Shown piece by piece: positions 1 through 11,617 of a stretch of 64,000 bases of DNA (within the stretch, counting starts at the first letter, position 1; the number at the start of each line of letters is the position of its first letter). This stretch comes from Cladosporium halotolerans (taxonomy: Eukaryota). The stretch is taken from positions 124,001 through 188,000 of the forward strand of contig NW_027191482.1 in NCBI RefSeq assembly GCF_011745625.1. Direction: 5' to 3'. A program made the position numbers and the translations under genes. The notes beneath the pieces were generated by a model. It was not told the origin of the DNA. It worked only from the letters and a program-made list of their open reading frames with translations, and searched no databases.

Positions 1-344
1 CACTTAATTGACCAAAACGATTCTCGATCAATGAAAATGAGCTCAAGTATTGTACACTGAGTTGTCATAGCCTAGCCTTCTGTCTTTGACGAAGTCGTTT
101 ACGAGAGTAGTGATCGCACAAACGACCTATGAGCTTCCGATGTCGGTTGAGCTTCGTACAGTCTCCACTTCTCGGACATACTACACACCACGGTGTGCAA
201 AAAGTAGAAAATCGACAAGTACGAGATCCATCCCATCGGAGATGACAAGAATACCGTCAGAAAGCTTTCCGCTTTGTGGTCACAGCTAGGGTGACCTAAT
301 GATCACAAAAAATGTCTATCTGAAAAGACTAATGTACATGGCCA

Positions 345-1704
345 TTAAGGGAAGAGACTCGTGATCTTCCTTCCACCATTAGGAAGCTTACACCTCAAGA
401 TCGCACCTGGATGCTCTCTCGAATCCACCCCAAAGTTCCAGTCCGGCTGGTAATAAAGCTGGTTGATGTTGAGATAGATGTACCCGTCGGCACCAACGCT
501 GGCACCATCAGGCCAGAGAATGCGAGGGTCGCGGACGAACGGGTTCGTCTTGCCGTTGCCGCTAGGAGTCGAGTCGTAGAAGTAGACTGCGTTCGACTCC
601 GGCATGAGCTGGTAGACCAGGCCGTTGTTGTCGCCTTCGAAGCCGTTGGCGTCGCCGCCCCGCTGGCCGTGGTCGCTGACGTTGCTGTGAGCATTGAGCT
701 CGGCGGCTGGGTTGCTGTCGCGCTCGCGGAGGTTGGCGGTAGGGACGGAGTAGAGGCGTTTGGAGGTGAGAGGGGAGTAGTAAATTCTCTCGCCGTCGGG
801 GGTGATTTGGATACCGTCAAGGCCCTCCAAGAGCCAGCGGCTTGGCCTGCCAACTTGCTCGAAGTAGAACGGGTGGCCGACGTAAGAGGGGACGTCGTTC
901 TGTCCGCGCAGGACTGAACGGTCTTGGTCAAGTCGGCGCCAGCTCTCTCCGGTTCCAAGATCAACCATGATGAAGCCAAGGCGACCATCGTCGGAGCTGT
1001 CAACAAGGTAGGCAATACCTTTGCCGGAAGTGCCCGTCACATTAGGCCGCAGGTCAAACCGTAGATCGTTCAGGTAAGAACTAGGGTAGTGCACATTCGA
1101 CGGGAAGGTGAAAGTCTGGTAGATGGTGTTGTTGGCCAGCGAGATGGCAACCAGTTTCGGTCCACCGGGCTGAGCATATGGCATGGACGGCTCGCCTTGT
1201 CCATTGTGGATCGTTGGACGGCCTGTGTCAATTGCCCACAAAGTCTCCGGTCTGCCAGTTGCATTGGACTCCGGAGTGACGTAGACTGCTTGCACTGAGA
1301 TAAAAGCGCTGGAGTTGCCAGAGCCGAAGTCGATACCATTCCAGCTGGTGTTGAGCTGATCAACCGGAAGGTTGAGCTCAAGAGAGGGGTACGCTTCCTC
1401 TGCGGTTTGGTTCACGACAACACCAAGTGTGTAGCGGTAGTCGCCACGTGTGTACGTTGTGAAAATGCGCCCATCAGAGGCGGCTGCAATGCCAATGGGC
1501 CATTGATCATAATCTGCCGACTCCAATTAGAGACCGACGCCAGGTTTCAGCTTTCTGCGAATACCTACAGTAGTGCACTTCTTCGATCTCTGGTCCGTAG
1601 GTGCCGTTGTCGACGCGCAACCTTGTACCAGAGCTGTTCTGATAAGTCACTTGTGCTGTTGCACCAATGCCCAATGCAAGGGCCGCAATCGCAGAAAACA
1701 ACAT
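345..1704 (-). CDS. Secreted major royal jelly protein / yellow-family protein (2 exons; intron 1514-1568)
   Basis: Signal peptide MLFSAIAALALGIGATAQ. A GTAGGT...CTAAT...CAG intron restores EEVHYYYDQWPIGIA. MRJP-type motifs DTGRP, GGPKLV, YLNDLRFD, GLDGI, YYSPLTS and WPDG are present. Confidence 0.88.
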
Positions 1705-2649
1705 TGTGAGGGATGATTGTGTTGGATTGCGAGGGAGGAGACGCACGGCTGTTACTACCATTGCCTTATGTATGAGCTATTCGCCCACGCTGCTTTCGTC
1801 ATGATGGCCGGCCGTCGACATGCCGCCAGGTCCGACATGGCTGCTAGCGGAACATCAATCCGGTGCCGAACCGTGTCCATCGCAGCAAAACGTCGATGGT
1901 AATTCCAGGGTTGAAGTCATTGATGCTGGAGTTGAGTGGAGATGATGGAGATGACGCAGTGATCGACATGATGTTGCGTTTGTCGTGGAGTTTGAAGTTC
2001 CGAGGATGAGCTCACATCATAACGGCACAACTTCCGGTACCGTTAATGAAGACGCGTCTCGCGGGTCAAGATTTATTGCATTGGATCGAGGGTGTAGCAT
2101 TCACGCTCTTGTTGCTGCTCTCATCGTTCGACAGCCGACCTTTTTGGCGGAGCGCGGCTGCACGTGCAACATGACACACCGACGAGATCGGACAGAATGT
2201 GAGATGAATGATTCTCGAAACATTCGCGTTCACCTGAACAGACCGATACTGAGGTACGATGAAGAAGCACTTGCATGCCAACACATCAGATCTACCGTCC
2301 CAACGGCACAGTTGCCCTTTGACTCCTCGTCTCACCTTCTCCGCAAGAGGGCCAGTGCGAGTGCGAGCAACAGCCTCGGCCAGGAAGCTCAAGTGGACTT
2401 CACCTCCTCACTTGTCGAGAGGGAAGCTCGTCCGCTCGTGGGCAGCAACGTATCAGCTGCCTATGGGTCCTGTAAGCCCTAGAGCACTCATTGACAGGTA
2501 GGAGAGCATTTATATCGACAGTAACTGTTACTTTCCACTCTACATTCACAAGTACCGAGACAACTCACCAATCTGATCATTTTTCACGCACACCAAAGCC
2601 ATACCTCGCCCGAGACTAACGTAGCCTCCCACCCTGAAAACTAACCACC

Positions 2650-3511
2650 ATGCCCGGCCGCCTAACCGACAAAGTCGCCATCGTAACCGGCGCCTCCTCA
2701 GGCATCGGCCGCGCCATCAGCCTGCACTACGCCTCCGAAGGCGCCAAACTCGTCTGCGCCGACCTGCAACCCGCGCCCCTCGACTCCCCCAACGAACCCC
2801 CAACCCACGAACTCATCGCCTCCACCGGCGGCACCGCCATCTTCCACCCCACGGACGTCAGCGACGCAACCCAAGTCTCCCAGCTCGTCGCCACCGCCGC
2901 CGCGCACTACGGCCGCCTCGACATAATGGTCAACAACGCGGGCATCGGCGTCGCCGCGGCAGCCCCGATCTGGGACCTCGCGCTGGCAGACTGGGAGCGC
3001 ATGCAGGCCGTCAACCTCTCCGGCGTCTTCCACGGGATCAAATTCGCCAGCGCGCAGATGCTGCGCCAGCCCCCGCACGCTTCCGGCGACCGCGGCTGGA
3101 TCATCAACGCGGCTTCGATCCTGGGGCTCGCGGGCCAGAGCGGCGTGGCGGCGTACTGCGCTGCGAAGGGGGGCGTGGTGAATCTGACGCGGGCCGCGGC
3201 GCTGGACTGCGCGCCGCAGAGGATTCATGTCAATGCGTTTGCGCCGGGGTATACGGGGACGGCGATGACGGCGAATTTCTTTGGAGACGAGGGGACGAGG
3301 GGGCAGTTGGAGGGGATGCATCCGTTTAGGGGGTTGGGGGAGCCGGAAGATCTGGCGAGGGTTTGTGTGTTTTTGGCGAGCGAGGATGCGCGGTGGGTTA
3401 CGGGGGTGAGTTCGTGCGGAGGGGTGGTGGGTGGATTGGTGGGAGTGAGAGCTGACTTGGTTGTAGGCTACGATTCCGGTCGATGGTGGGTTTATGGCGG
3501 GCAAGTTTTGA
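2650..3511 (+). CDS. Short-chain dehydrogenase/reductase (2 exons; intron 3406-3466)
   Basis: TGASSGIG, NNAG and YCAAK catalytic motifs. Splicing GTGAGT...GCTGAC...TAG gives the canonical C-terminus WVTG|ATIPVDGGFMAGKF*. Confidence 0.93.
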
Positions 3512-3948
3512 GCGGCGCGGAGGGTCTGAGAGTTTATCATCAATCGATCGATTACTGGACGCGAATGAGTGGCAGGGAGTTCATGACGAGCAATGTGACG
3601 AATCAATGCGTAAATCTCAGTGCCAGAACATTGCGAGGTCTAGTAGCTCTCACTTCCAAACATTCTTCGAATCGCGCCTTTTGGTGGTTTGCACACATCT
3701 TGACACTAGCAGCAAATCCGTAAGAGCTCTGGCGCAAATGGCAGCGAAGCATCGCAGCCTCGAATGGCTCAGAAAATCCGTGACATAGCATCAACCGTGT
3801 CATTGATAGTCTACAAGCTTGCGCTCGGCAGAATCGTCATGCCTCAACAATCCGCAGCGTTGTCGACGAATTGGCTCCTCGTCACTGACAGCAAAAGTGG
3901 AAAAACAGAACCCGAACTCCCGCCCCGTCCATCCTCTTCCAAAACCAC

Positions 3949-4933
3949 CTACTGATCCCTCGCCTTGCGCCAGTTGCTCTCCTGCTCCATCTGAATATCG
4001 CCAATACTCTTGCTGACCTCCTCCAGAATCTCCGCCGCGCGCGCGTGGTACTCCGCCTGGGCGCGCACGAGCTCCGCCAAATTGCGCAGCGGCTCCGGGG
4101 TGTCGAGGACGTTGCGCATGATGCTCGACGCCTCGTCGACCTTCTCGACGAACTCATCCTCGGCCTTCTCGACGGCCGCGCGCTGCGCGTCCGTGTAGCT
4201 CTCCTCGTGGCGGCCGCCGGCGCCCGCGCGCGACTTGGCGGCGTCGAGCGCGAGGCGCGCGTTGTGCACGCCCGTGCGCGCGCGGTCGGCGCTCTTGAGC
4301 CCCTGGTTCAGCGTCGTGCTCCAGCCGGACAGGAAGCGCGACTGGATCTTCTCGTCCTGGTCCAGGCGCGCCTCGCCGTTCTTTTCCTGCGCGATGGCGT
4401 ACTTCTCGAGCGCCTGCGAGAGGGGGTCGGGCTCGGTGGAGCCCTGCGGGGTCGCGGTGGCGATGTCCTGGGAGCCGGCGAGGGCGGCGCGCGCGATGGC
4501 GTGCGGGAAGGTCTTGGGCTGGGGTTTGGCGGAGGGAGGGGCTGTGAGGGCCGCTTGGGCTTCGGCGGCGTTTGAGGCTTTGGAGAGGAGGTTCACCTGT
4601 ACACGTGGTTAGCATGAATCGCAAGCTGTTGTGGAGCCGAGATCGTCTAATGTGTACCTTATCGCTAATGCTCTTGCCCAAGTCCTGGAAGCTCTCCTTG
4701 ACGTTAGGCGGGTAGTCGTAAGCCTCATTGGTGTACTGAGAAGTCGCGGCGAGCAGCTTCTGGTGGGTGGCCTTGAGGGCGTCGACGCGCACCTCGAGCT
4801 CGAGGTAGTCGTGGGGCAGCTCGGTCTTCTCGCCGACGCTGCCGGTCTGCTCCTTGATCCATTGTTGACTGCGGGCGGCGAAGGGCGAGACCTGCGAGGT
4901 GACCTGGTTGGTGAAGGCGCGGAACTTGTCCAT
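3949..4933 (-). CDS. GVP36: BAR-domain protein, Gvp36-like (intron 4597-4657)
   Basis: EKTELPHDYLELEVRVDALK, NEAYDYPPN, PKTFPHAIARAAL and RNVLDTPEPLRNL motifs. A GTACAC...CTAAC...CAG intron joins the two ORFs in frame. Confidence 0.85.
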
Positions 4934-5396
4934 GTTGAGGGTTGGTAGGGTGCCTGTGCTGGATGAGTAGGCGGCGGCTTCTTCTGCAGACATATACGGT
5001 GGGTGGGGGCTATTGAGGTGAGGTGAGCTCGGTGCTGCGCGAGGGAGGGTGTTGTTTCACAGGCAGCCAAGGGTCTGCTGGGAGTGACGATTGGGGGCAC
5101 GGGCACGCGCGCACGCGGGCTGGGGGAGAGCAGCAAGCGCTTGGGGGGAAACGCTTGGGGCAGCGAGGGCTCAGCGGCTCAGCCATCCCCGCGTCGCAAT
5201 CACATGTGCGCGGTCACTGTTTGGCCGGTACGAAGCTACCTCACACTTCACCAAGATCGGACGATTTTCAAGCATCCGCAAGCATGTGTCGATACACATA
5301 TTATTGGCACCGCACTCTTCAATCATCTCGGAATCGTAATCGTAAAGAAACCCCAACCGTCTCGGTCCGCCCATAGCCACAACCTACCCCCCTCCC

Positions 5397-8300
5397 TCAA
5401 GCACCATTAGTCTGCGGCTTAACCGGCTCGACATTCCAGATCATCTCCGCATACTCATCGATACAGCGATCACTCGAGAAGAAGCCCATGCGCGAAACGC
5501 TCGTGATAGTCTTCGTGAGCCACTCGTCCTGCTTCTTGTACGCCTCGTCGATCAACCTTTGCGTGTCGACGTAGGACTTGAAATCGTCAGAAACCAAGTA
5601 GTAGTCGCCGTGGTCGACGATGCCGTCCACGAGCGCGGAGAACTGGCCGGCGTCGCCGAAGACGCCCTCGCGGATGGCGGTGAAGACGCGGTCGAGCATG
5701 GGGTCGAGGTTGAACTCTTCGTAGTAGTGCGCGTGGCGCAGGTCTTCGACGTCTTCGCTGAGGTTGCCGAAGAGGAAGATGTTCTCTTCGCCGACTTCGC
5801 GAGTGATCTGGAATTGAGTTGTTAGTAGCTGTCGTAGGACATCTTGGATAATTCTGAACTAACCTCGATGTTTGCACCGTCGCAAGTGCCGATGATGAGA
5901 CCTCCGTTGAGGACGAACTTCATGTTGCTAATTCAATCGTCAGCCAGTGCCCAAAGCTGCATCCTCAAGAGTTTCCCATGACTTACGAAGTACCAGAAGC
6001 CTCCGTTCCAGCAGTAGAGATGTGCTCCGAGATATCCGAAGCAGGAATGATGATCTCAGCCTTGGACACATTGTAGTCCTCGAGGAAGATAACCTTCAAA
6101 AGGTCCCCAACATCCTTGTCGGCATTGACAACCTTACCAACCTGGTTGATCAAATGGATGACGGTCTTTGCCATCCAGTATCCCGGCGCAGCCTTGCCGC
6201 CGAAAATGCTCACGCGGGGCTGCACCTTCTTCTTCTCCTCTGGCGTCATGTCCTTGATCTCGAGGTAGCGGTGAATGACACCAAAGATGTTGAGCTGCTG
6301 GCGCTTGTACTCGTGCATGCGCTTGACCTGGATGTCGAAGAGCGCGGCCGGGTTGACGGCGACGCCGTTCTTCTCCTTGATGTACTGCGAGAGGCGGACC
6401 TTGTTGGCGTACTTGATCTCTTGGAATTCCTTCCTGAACTCTTTGTCGTCGACGAAAGCCTCGAGCTTGTGGAGCGTGGTCAGGTCGTTGAGGTACTCGA
6501 AGCCGCCGAGCTTGCTGGCGATCAGCTCTGACAGGCGAGGGTTGGCCTGGTGCAGCCATCTCCTGGGGGTGATGCCGTTCGTGACGTTGGTGAATTTGTC
6601 AGGCCCGTAGATCTTGACGAAATCTTTAAAGATCGTTGTCTTGATGAGATCAGAGTGAAGCTCTGCAACACCGTTGACCTTGTGGCTGCCGATCACGGCA
6701 AGGTATGCCATGCGCACCATCTTAGGCTGCGACTCCTCAATGATGGAAACACGACCAAGCATGTCTCGATCCTTGGGGAAGTTACGCTCGACGTACTGCA
6801 AGAATTGCAGGTTGATGTCGTAGATGATCTGGAGGTGACGAGGGAGAAGATGCTGAAGCAGAGGTACAGACCACTTCTCCAGTGCTTCTGGCAAGACGGT
6901 GTGGTTCGTGTATCCGAAGGTTGCCTGCACAATGGCCCAGGCCTCGTCCCACTCGAGGCCTTCCTGATCGATCAGGATGCGTTGCAGCTCAGGAATGGCA
7001 AGGGTAGGGTGGGTATCGTTGAGCTGGGGCAGTGTCAGTCAGTCTATGTTGATAATCAACAACAGGATGGTAGCTCAGTGGATCGTACCTGGATCGCCAC
7101 CTGATTGGGGAAATCCTTCCAAGCCTTCTTGGACTTCTTGAATCGCCTGACAATATCGAACAGAGACGCGGCGCACCAGAAGTACTGCTGCTTCAGGCGC
7201 AACTCCTTACCGCGATCCAGACTATCGTTCGGGTACAGAACAGCCGAGATCGTCTCTGCGCGCTGCTGATCTGCGACAGACTGTTCGTACTCGCCAGAGT
7301 TGAACTTGGTGAAGTCAAATTCGCCATGAGATGCCTTGCTCGACCAGAGGCGGAGGTTGTTGGTTGTCTTTGTGGCATTGCCAGGTATCGGGGCATCGTA
7401 CGCCACGGCTGTGACGATCTCGCCATTTTCCCAAACGCTGATTTGCTTGCCACTCTGGTCCTGGTATTTCCTGACGTTTCCGTAGAATTGAACATCGACT
7501 GTGACATCGTGGCGGGGGAATTCCCTAAACGTCGAGGGTCAGCCAGATGTGATGACAGATGATCAAACACTACAACGTACCAAGGGTTGAAATCGAGCCA
7601 ATAGTCGGGAACCTCGACTTGGTATCCGTCGACGATTTCTTGACGGAAAATACCGTAGCGGTATCGGAGGGCATAACCCCAAGCTGGATAGTTAAGAGTT
7701 GCTAGAGAATCCAAGAAGCATGCAGCGAGGCGGCCGAGGCCACCGTTGCCCAGAGCGGCATCTCTCTCTTGAGCGATGACATCCTCCATGCGAAATCCCA
7801 GATCGGCCAAACCATCTACAGCAAGTGTCAGTTATCGTCCGTGTCAACCAGAATCGACGACCGACCGACCTTTCGCAATATCCTTCATGCCAACGTTGAG
7901 CATGGCATTGTCCAGAGCACGTCCCATCAAGAACTCGAGGGAAAGGTCTGCAGCAAGTCAGCATCGATACAAGCCCCAGCTCACGATCGATCCAGAACAT
8001 ACAATAGACACGCTTCTGATCCGCAAACGTGTGCCTCTGCTGCGTCTTGTTCCATTCAATAACCAGACGATCACGGAAGGCGAGCGCCGTGCCAGCGTAA
8101 GCCGCACTGGGACCTTGATCAGCGCTGACATGGCCCAAATCATCGTCGACCAAACCTACAACTCATCGCAGTTGAACAGCGACCTCGCCAGCGTAGTCTC
8201 AATATGCCTCACAGCCTCGGCCTCAAACTCGTCCTTCGTCTCGAACCCCTTCGCAGACTGTCGGGGTTCACAAGCCAAGTCAGCATCATCCCTGCTCCAC

Positions 8301-8590
8301 AAGCTCTCGCAGGGTACCTAGGTAGCTAGGCGCCGATCACGTACGAACTTCTTCCACCTGCGCAGCTCCAATTAGCCGTCGAAAACTCGCCAATGGTGGC
8401 CTCTTTCCACTCACGCTTCTCTCTGGCCCTCGGGCACGCTGGCCTCGATCGCCTTGATCTCGCCGGGCCCGAAGCCGGTCGCGGTGCGCTTGTGCTTCGG
8501 CCTGCTCATGCCAGGCGGCCCCACGGCCGTCTGGAAGTCGGAGATGGGCGCCGAGACGCTGGGTCTGCGCTCGCGGGTTGGGGAGGTCAT
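5397..8590 (-). CDS. GPH1: Glycogen phosphorylase (10 exons; introns 8358-8414, 8258-8344, 8107-8159, 7948-8002, 7816-7869, 7525-7580, 7024-7088, 5928-5986, 5808-5863)
   Basis: [41 protein letters not shown] motif EASGTSNMK and FSSDR. All nine introns have GT, branch and AG signals that keep the frame. Confidence 0.97.
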
Positions 8591-8627
8591 TGTTGTTGGA
8601 GTTTTGGTGTATCTCTTGGAGGAGACG

Positions 8628-8663
8628 GTGAGGGAGGAGGAGGAGGAGGAGGAAGAGGAGGAG
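8628..8663. repeat. (GAG)n-like purine microsatellite upstream of GPH1 start
   Basis: Imperfect gaggaggag... run, read directly. Confidence 0.8.
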
Positions 8664-9149
8664 AGTCAACAAGGAAAAAGAGAGATCGCCGCTCAGTCAG
8701 CCTTTCAAGCAGCTTGAGTAAACACTCGCAGCGGCTGGGCGTTGTCTAGATGCGCGAGGGGTCGGGGCGTGGTGGAATAGCGGGGTAGCAGCAGCGACGC
8801 CCATGGGGAAGGAAGGCGGCGCTCGCCTGCATTGGCGGCACCTTAAGGTGCACCTCACCTTGACCTTACCTTCCACCTTGTCCTGCATGCACCCGTCACC
8901 TTAATTAGCCGTGCTATCGTCAGACAGCAGTGGTGCTCGCATGTGACAATCCATACCATACCATACCATGGCATCCGAAGCCCTCAAGCAGCATTTCCGA
9001 TATTTCCCAATGTTCCTTCACAACACCGCTCGTATCTCGGCGCCCTCCCCCATCGACGAGCGGGCCTGAGGTATGCCCCAAGCTCCTGCCTGCCCTCCGC
9101 CGGTACCCAACGGCGTCAACCGCAGCTGCAGAGCCGCGCCGCCACAACG

Positions 9150-9178
9150 GCACGCACGCACGCACGCACGCACGCACG
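9150..9178. repeat. (GCAC)7 tetranucleotide microsatellite
   Basis: gcacgcacgcac... read directly in the intergenic region. Confidence 0.9.
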
Positions 9179-9575
9179 ACCCTAGGTAGCGAAGCCGGAA
9201 CGCCACGGCAGCACGCATCAGGCGTGCCAGCGCTTAGCTTGCAACCGGGCCGAATGCGTCGTCTCACATGCGCATCGCAGCGGGTGGAAACGAGGGTGTC
9301 ACGAGGGTTGCTGTTTGAGGTGAAATGGGTCAACGAGCTTGAAATGAGTTATTGAAGTGGGGTATTATTATTGCTGCTGCTGCTGCCGTAGTTCCAATAC
9401 AGGAGCGTACAGTACGGTACCTACAAGGAGAATTATCTTAGATGTCCAGAATCTTGAAAACCAGGTTTTTAAGCGAAACGCGCTTTCTTCCTCGCCGTCT
9501 TGATTCTTTCACGCGCGCGCTGTTCTTTCCTTCTTTCCTTCTCCTCTCCATTCCCTCTAACGAGAAAGTACCACC

Positions 9576-11096
9576 TCATCTCCTCAGCATCTGGAACTGT
9601 TCGCCCAAATACTCCAGCGCAGCCGGCGCCAGCTGGCCCTGGTTGACGAGGTGCTTGGCGAGCAGCTTGACGACCTCGACCTGCTCCTCGGGCGTCAGGC
9701 CCGTGATGGCCGTCTCGATGACGGAGCCGGGCGAGGCCTTGTAGACCGCGATGAAGCTCTGGTAGTACATGAAGGCGAAGAAGCCCATGATGAACTGGCA
9801 GTCCATGCGGTCCGTCATGCCGCCGTGGCCCGGGATCGAGTCGCCGAAGTCCTTGATGTTGAAGGTGCGCTTGAGGCCGGAGGCGAAGAAGCCGCCGAAG
9901 GGCGCGATGAGGGAGGCGAAGGTTGCCATGACCAGGATGTGGAATTGCATGGGTGAGATGCTGGCCGTCGTCGGCAGGTGGGTCCAGTTGGGCGGGATAA
10001 AGGGCAGCTGGTAGGTGTGCGGGATGAAGACTGGGTTGGGGTCGCACTCTAGACCGGTGAAGATGTTGGCTCCGAGGTCGTTGACGGGGCAGATGAAGTA
10101 CTTGGAACGCATGAGGACGTTGGTCATGCCGAAGCCGAAAAGGACTGTGAAGATCCATGCGCCGACGAAACCTATACTGTGTTAGCTTGGGTGCTTGAGG
10201 TGACAACGGAGGCTGGTACATACCCTCAACCGTCTTCTTGGGGCTAATCTTAATCAGTTGCGTGCGCCCAAAGGTGATACCGCAGATGTAGGCGAAGATG
10301 TCGTTTGTGATAACCAGAGACACTGGCAGGAAGAACCAGATCATGCCCTCAAAGATGTTGTTCATGATGAAGTGTGCTTGCACAACGATCAGGTAAAGAG
10401 CCATGTGGGTCCAGGCAAACTGCGTGAATTGGAACTTGTAGTGACCCTTCTGGAGGGAGCCGACAAAGAAAACGAAGCCTGCAGCGTGTTAGTGAAGTAG
10501 ATGGTCTGTCAGTCGAAAGGACACATACCCATAACGTAAAGCATAAACGAGATAAAGCGGTGGTGCGTCGCAAACGGCAGAAGCACTTTGTCGACGAGTA
10601 CAATGTGCTTGAAGTAGTAGATCACACTCTCGCCGTACAAGAAGTACATCGTCGACCCGAGAAAGTACCAGTTGAGTGTCTTAGTAAAACGCAAGCTGCG
10701 CGCTCTCGAAGGCACGTTTGCGATCGCAATCACCTCCTTGTAGCTGATGATCTGCACGGCGGTCACGATGATGAGCATGTAGATGTGGCCGGCGAACATG
10801 GATCCAAAGAAGATGCCGATCATGACAAAGGTCCAGATCGCGCGGGTGATGAATGTCTGCCTCTTCTTCTCGAACTCGGACTGCTCTTTCACCGGCACCT
10901 TCTCGTCGTCGGTCGCCCAGCCAGCGGCCGCATCTGCGCCCTTCTGCTTCTCGGAGTTGGCATGTCTCGTGGGGCTCTTGGAGTTCCCGTTTGCGTTGGC
11001 GCCGTTGCGCTCTTCTGTCGGCGAGTCGGACATGCTGCCTCGGCTCTGGCGGCGTTCGCGGTGCTGGAACTTGATGTCCTTTTTGGGCTTGGTCAT
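9576..11096 (-). CDS. CDS1: Phosphatidate cytidylyltransferase / CDP-diacylglycerol synthase (3 exons; introns 10479-10528, 10172-10223)
   Basis: ISPKKTVEG, ASGLKRTFNIKDFGDSIPGHGGMTDRMDCQ signature and multiple TM helices. Confidence 0.96.
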
Positions 11097-11617
11097 GGTT
11101 GCGGTATTGCGCGAAGTGGGATCCGGGGACGAGAGTGGTGATTGCCCGAAGGAATCCAAGCTGTTGTCGGGCCCCTAGACGTCAGGCAGTGACGATGAGC
11201 TGCGGGTACTCGCTTGCTTGCTCGATGTGCGAGTAAGCGGACACTGATGGGCGAGCGCGTGTCGGGTTTGTGAAGAATCGAATGTCCTCAAAAGATTGTG
11301 GGAGGGGAAAATCAAGGGTCAAAGGAGAGCATGGTCGGATGCGCTGGGCGGGCGGCGGGTCGCGTGGATGTTGCAAGTCTGGCTGCTGCGGATGGATTTC
11401 TCCTCCCCTGCGCGGTGACGACAGTCCGTCCAAGAAGCTGAAGCCTGGCGCGCCTGGAGCTTGGCAGCGCATGTGAACCTGAAGCTCGTCCACCGCTAGC
11501 GCCATTGGCCCGGCCGATCAACAACACACAGATCCTCGACACCTGCGCGCGGAGTGGCTGATGCACCCTGGACGGCGGCACCCTCAAGCATGGTGATGGC
11601 AAGCACATCCCGCCAAC

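Noticed and set aside
2698..3606. 302-aa antisense ORF over the SDR, and similar long shadow ORFs (14581-15513, 31276-32961, 42552-43991)
   Set aside because: Antisense shadows of GC-rich, codon-biased real genes, with no motifs of their own.
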